A program made the position numbers and the translations under genes. From Callorhinchus milii (lineage: Eukaryota): 64,000 nucleotides of DNA. How positions within the stretch are numbered: position 1 is the stretch's first letter; every line of letters begins with the position of its first letter. Of the stretch, positions 1-64,000 are shown in pieces. Under the pieces are notes generated by a model that saw only the letters and a list, made by a program, of their open reading frames with translations, did not search any database and was not told the DNA's origin. The DNA lies in the NCBI RefSeq assembly GCF_018977255.1, contig NW_024704752.1, positions 17,732,001 through 17,796,000 on the forward strand, given 5' to 3'.

Positions 1-929
1 GAAATGCAGCGATGTGGAGTGCGAAGTCGATTTAATATTTCCAGCTCCTAATCACATCAGCTGGGGCCTCGGGAGAGTTACTTACACATGAACAGCCTCT
101 ATTTCGGGTGTTGGTTGTTCAAAAATGTAATAACACTAAAATATTGTGCCTCAGACTGCTCACTTTGACATAGATTTATACTGAACCAATGCGAATAGAA
201 TGCATCACTGAAACATCCCCCTCGAAATGGCTTTTGGTATACAGAGAAATTCACACTGCTCAACCCCAATCTCTTTTGATGAAGACAGGCAGAATTGCAC
301 TAACTCAGCAATGTAGTGCGCAGGTCCGTGCAAACCTCTACAGTTCCTCTCTGTGTGTCTCGTTACTGTGCTCTTGTTTAGAACTGCTGGTGAGATGGAG
401 TTTATTGTGTGGAGAGCTAGAACTCTCACTGGCCTGGCCTCAGGGTTGCTCTCCACTAACAATGTGAGCAGATCCTGCTGCTCACACTCACCAGCCATGA
501 ACTCACTGGAGCGAAACATATTGATGTCGCATAAGGGGGCCTTTTGTACAAAATATTTGCTCCCTGGTTGTCTCCAAACAGCTCTTAAAGCATAAAACCA
601 TAATAAGGAGGATTCTTTCGTGCACACCTTTGGAATATCAGATGCTGTCTGGAAGGAAAGCTGACTATTGGAACGCTGAATCAACATCAGTAGAGACAGA
701 GTTACAACTAAAAGATTATTCAGCAAAATTATGAATTGTATTACTATTTACAAAGGTGCAAAATAACACATATTCTTGGAGGGATTTTGAGAAATGTTCA
801 TGCGATAGGGAAATGATTCATTTATGAAGTATTATATTTGACCATTTCTCAAAATTACAGGCAGTGAAACACTGACCGTTTTTTGTGAAGTGTACAAGTG
901 CTTCAGTGCAGCAATTATGCTATTCTTAC

Positions 930-63246
<62,317 letters not shown>

Positions 63247-64000
63247 CTGTCAAAGCAAGCAGAAGAATATAGTGAGAATGTAAATCAAACACAAGTTGTG
63301 TTATGAAACTATTTGGGAACATATTTGTAAAACTTCCAACACAAAGCCAAAACACTCTGTTCATTGTGCCTCAGTAACTGTTCCTACTATTTTTTTCATG
63401 CAGTATTGCAAGAATTGGTTTGCACTGTTGCTAAAGTCTCTCTATGCTATCACATCCATATGATTTCAGAACACGCATAAGTTTGTACCTTTTTTTTTAG
63501 AACAGCCAAGTTTCTGACATCTTGCATCACTTAGTAACATGCTCCATTTTCAGACCAATTGATAATCACAGAGATGAAGGTAGACCATTTAGCAGTCCCT
63601 TCACCATTGCCTGAACTTTCTGCTTGTTCTAAGTTCCAGTGCAGAGAGCCTGTGCTCTCCATTGCTGATTACAAAACTCAATCTTACAAAGGTAACCAAC
63701 CAAGTGGAAAATTGACTAGATAACGATCCCACCTACAATGTTCCAAGTGTTAGCCAGGCTTTTTGTTAAGTTAGTTGATTTCAGCCATGGTTGCGTTGGG
63801 CTGCCACAATTGATTGCTGTGTCCCGCTCCTGTAAATGGGGTAAATCAGCCAGGTGAGCTGCTCCTGTTCACTATTTAGTGATTCTTTGTGCTTAATATC
63901 TATATGTTGGGTGGATATACGCTCTGGTTTGGCAATGATGCCTGAAGGTTGGACACCCACTATCTGGGCTCCTATTGGAAGAATGATACATACATGAGTT

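Noticed and set aside
63249-64000. Non-coding exon 1 and promoter
   Set aside because: No convincing TATA box with paired donor site; probably beyond the window

Overview
AT-rich vertebrate genomic DNA, most likely a cartilaginous fish (inferred from shark-type CR1 tails, abundant L2 fragments and tRNA/Deu-type SINEs). The whole window is one minus-strand multi-exon gene for the intestinal brush-border GH31 alpha-glucosidase of the sucrase-isomaltase/maltase-glucoamylase family (SI/MGAM-like). I traced coding exons 2-47 (human SI numbering) by hand with canonical GT-AG sites, from the ATG at 63246 to exon 47 at 930-1097, about 1802 codons; the last exon was not found. Architecture: N-terminal TM anchor, short stalk, trefoil, GH31 (WIDMNE / WLGDN), trefoil, GH31. 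Exons 20-40 occur twice as a ~20 kb, ~99%-identical direct repeat (copy A 7339-27338, copy B 27441-47009) whose junction lies in a 30-N assembly gap. This is either an unmerged two-haplotype artefact or a real, almost in-register GH31-module duplication like that of mammalian MGAM. Each copy has one different frameshift. Active-site residues look mosaic: isomaltase-type N-domain, glucoamylase-type C-domain. Introns carry SINEs, L2/CR1 fragments, a Tc1/mariner MITE and an 85-nt near-perfect hairpin.
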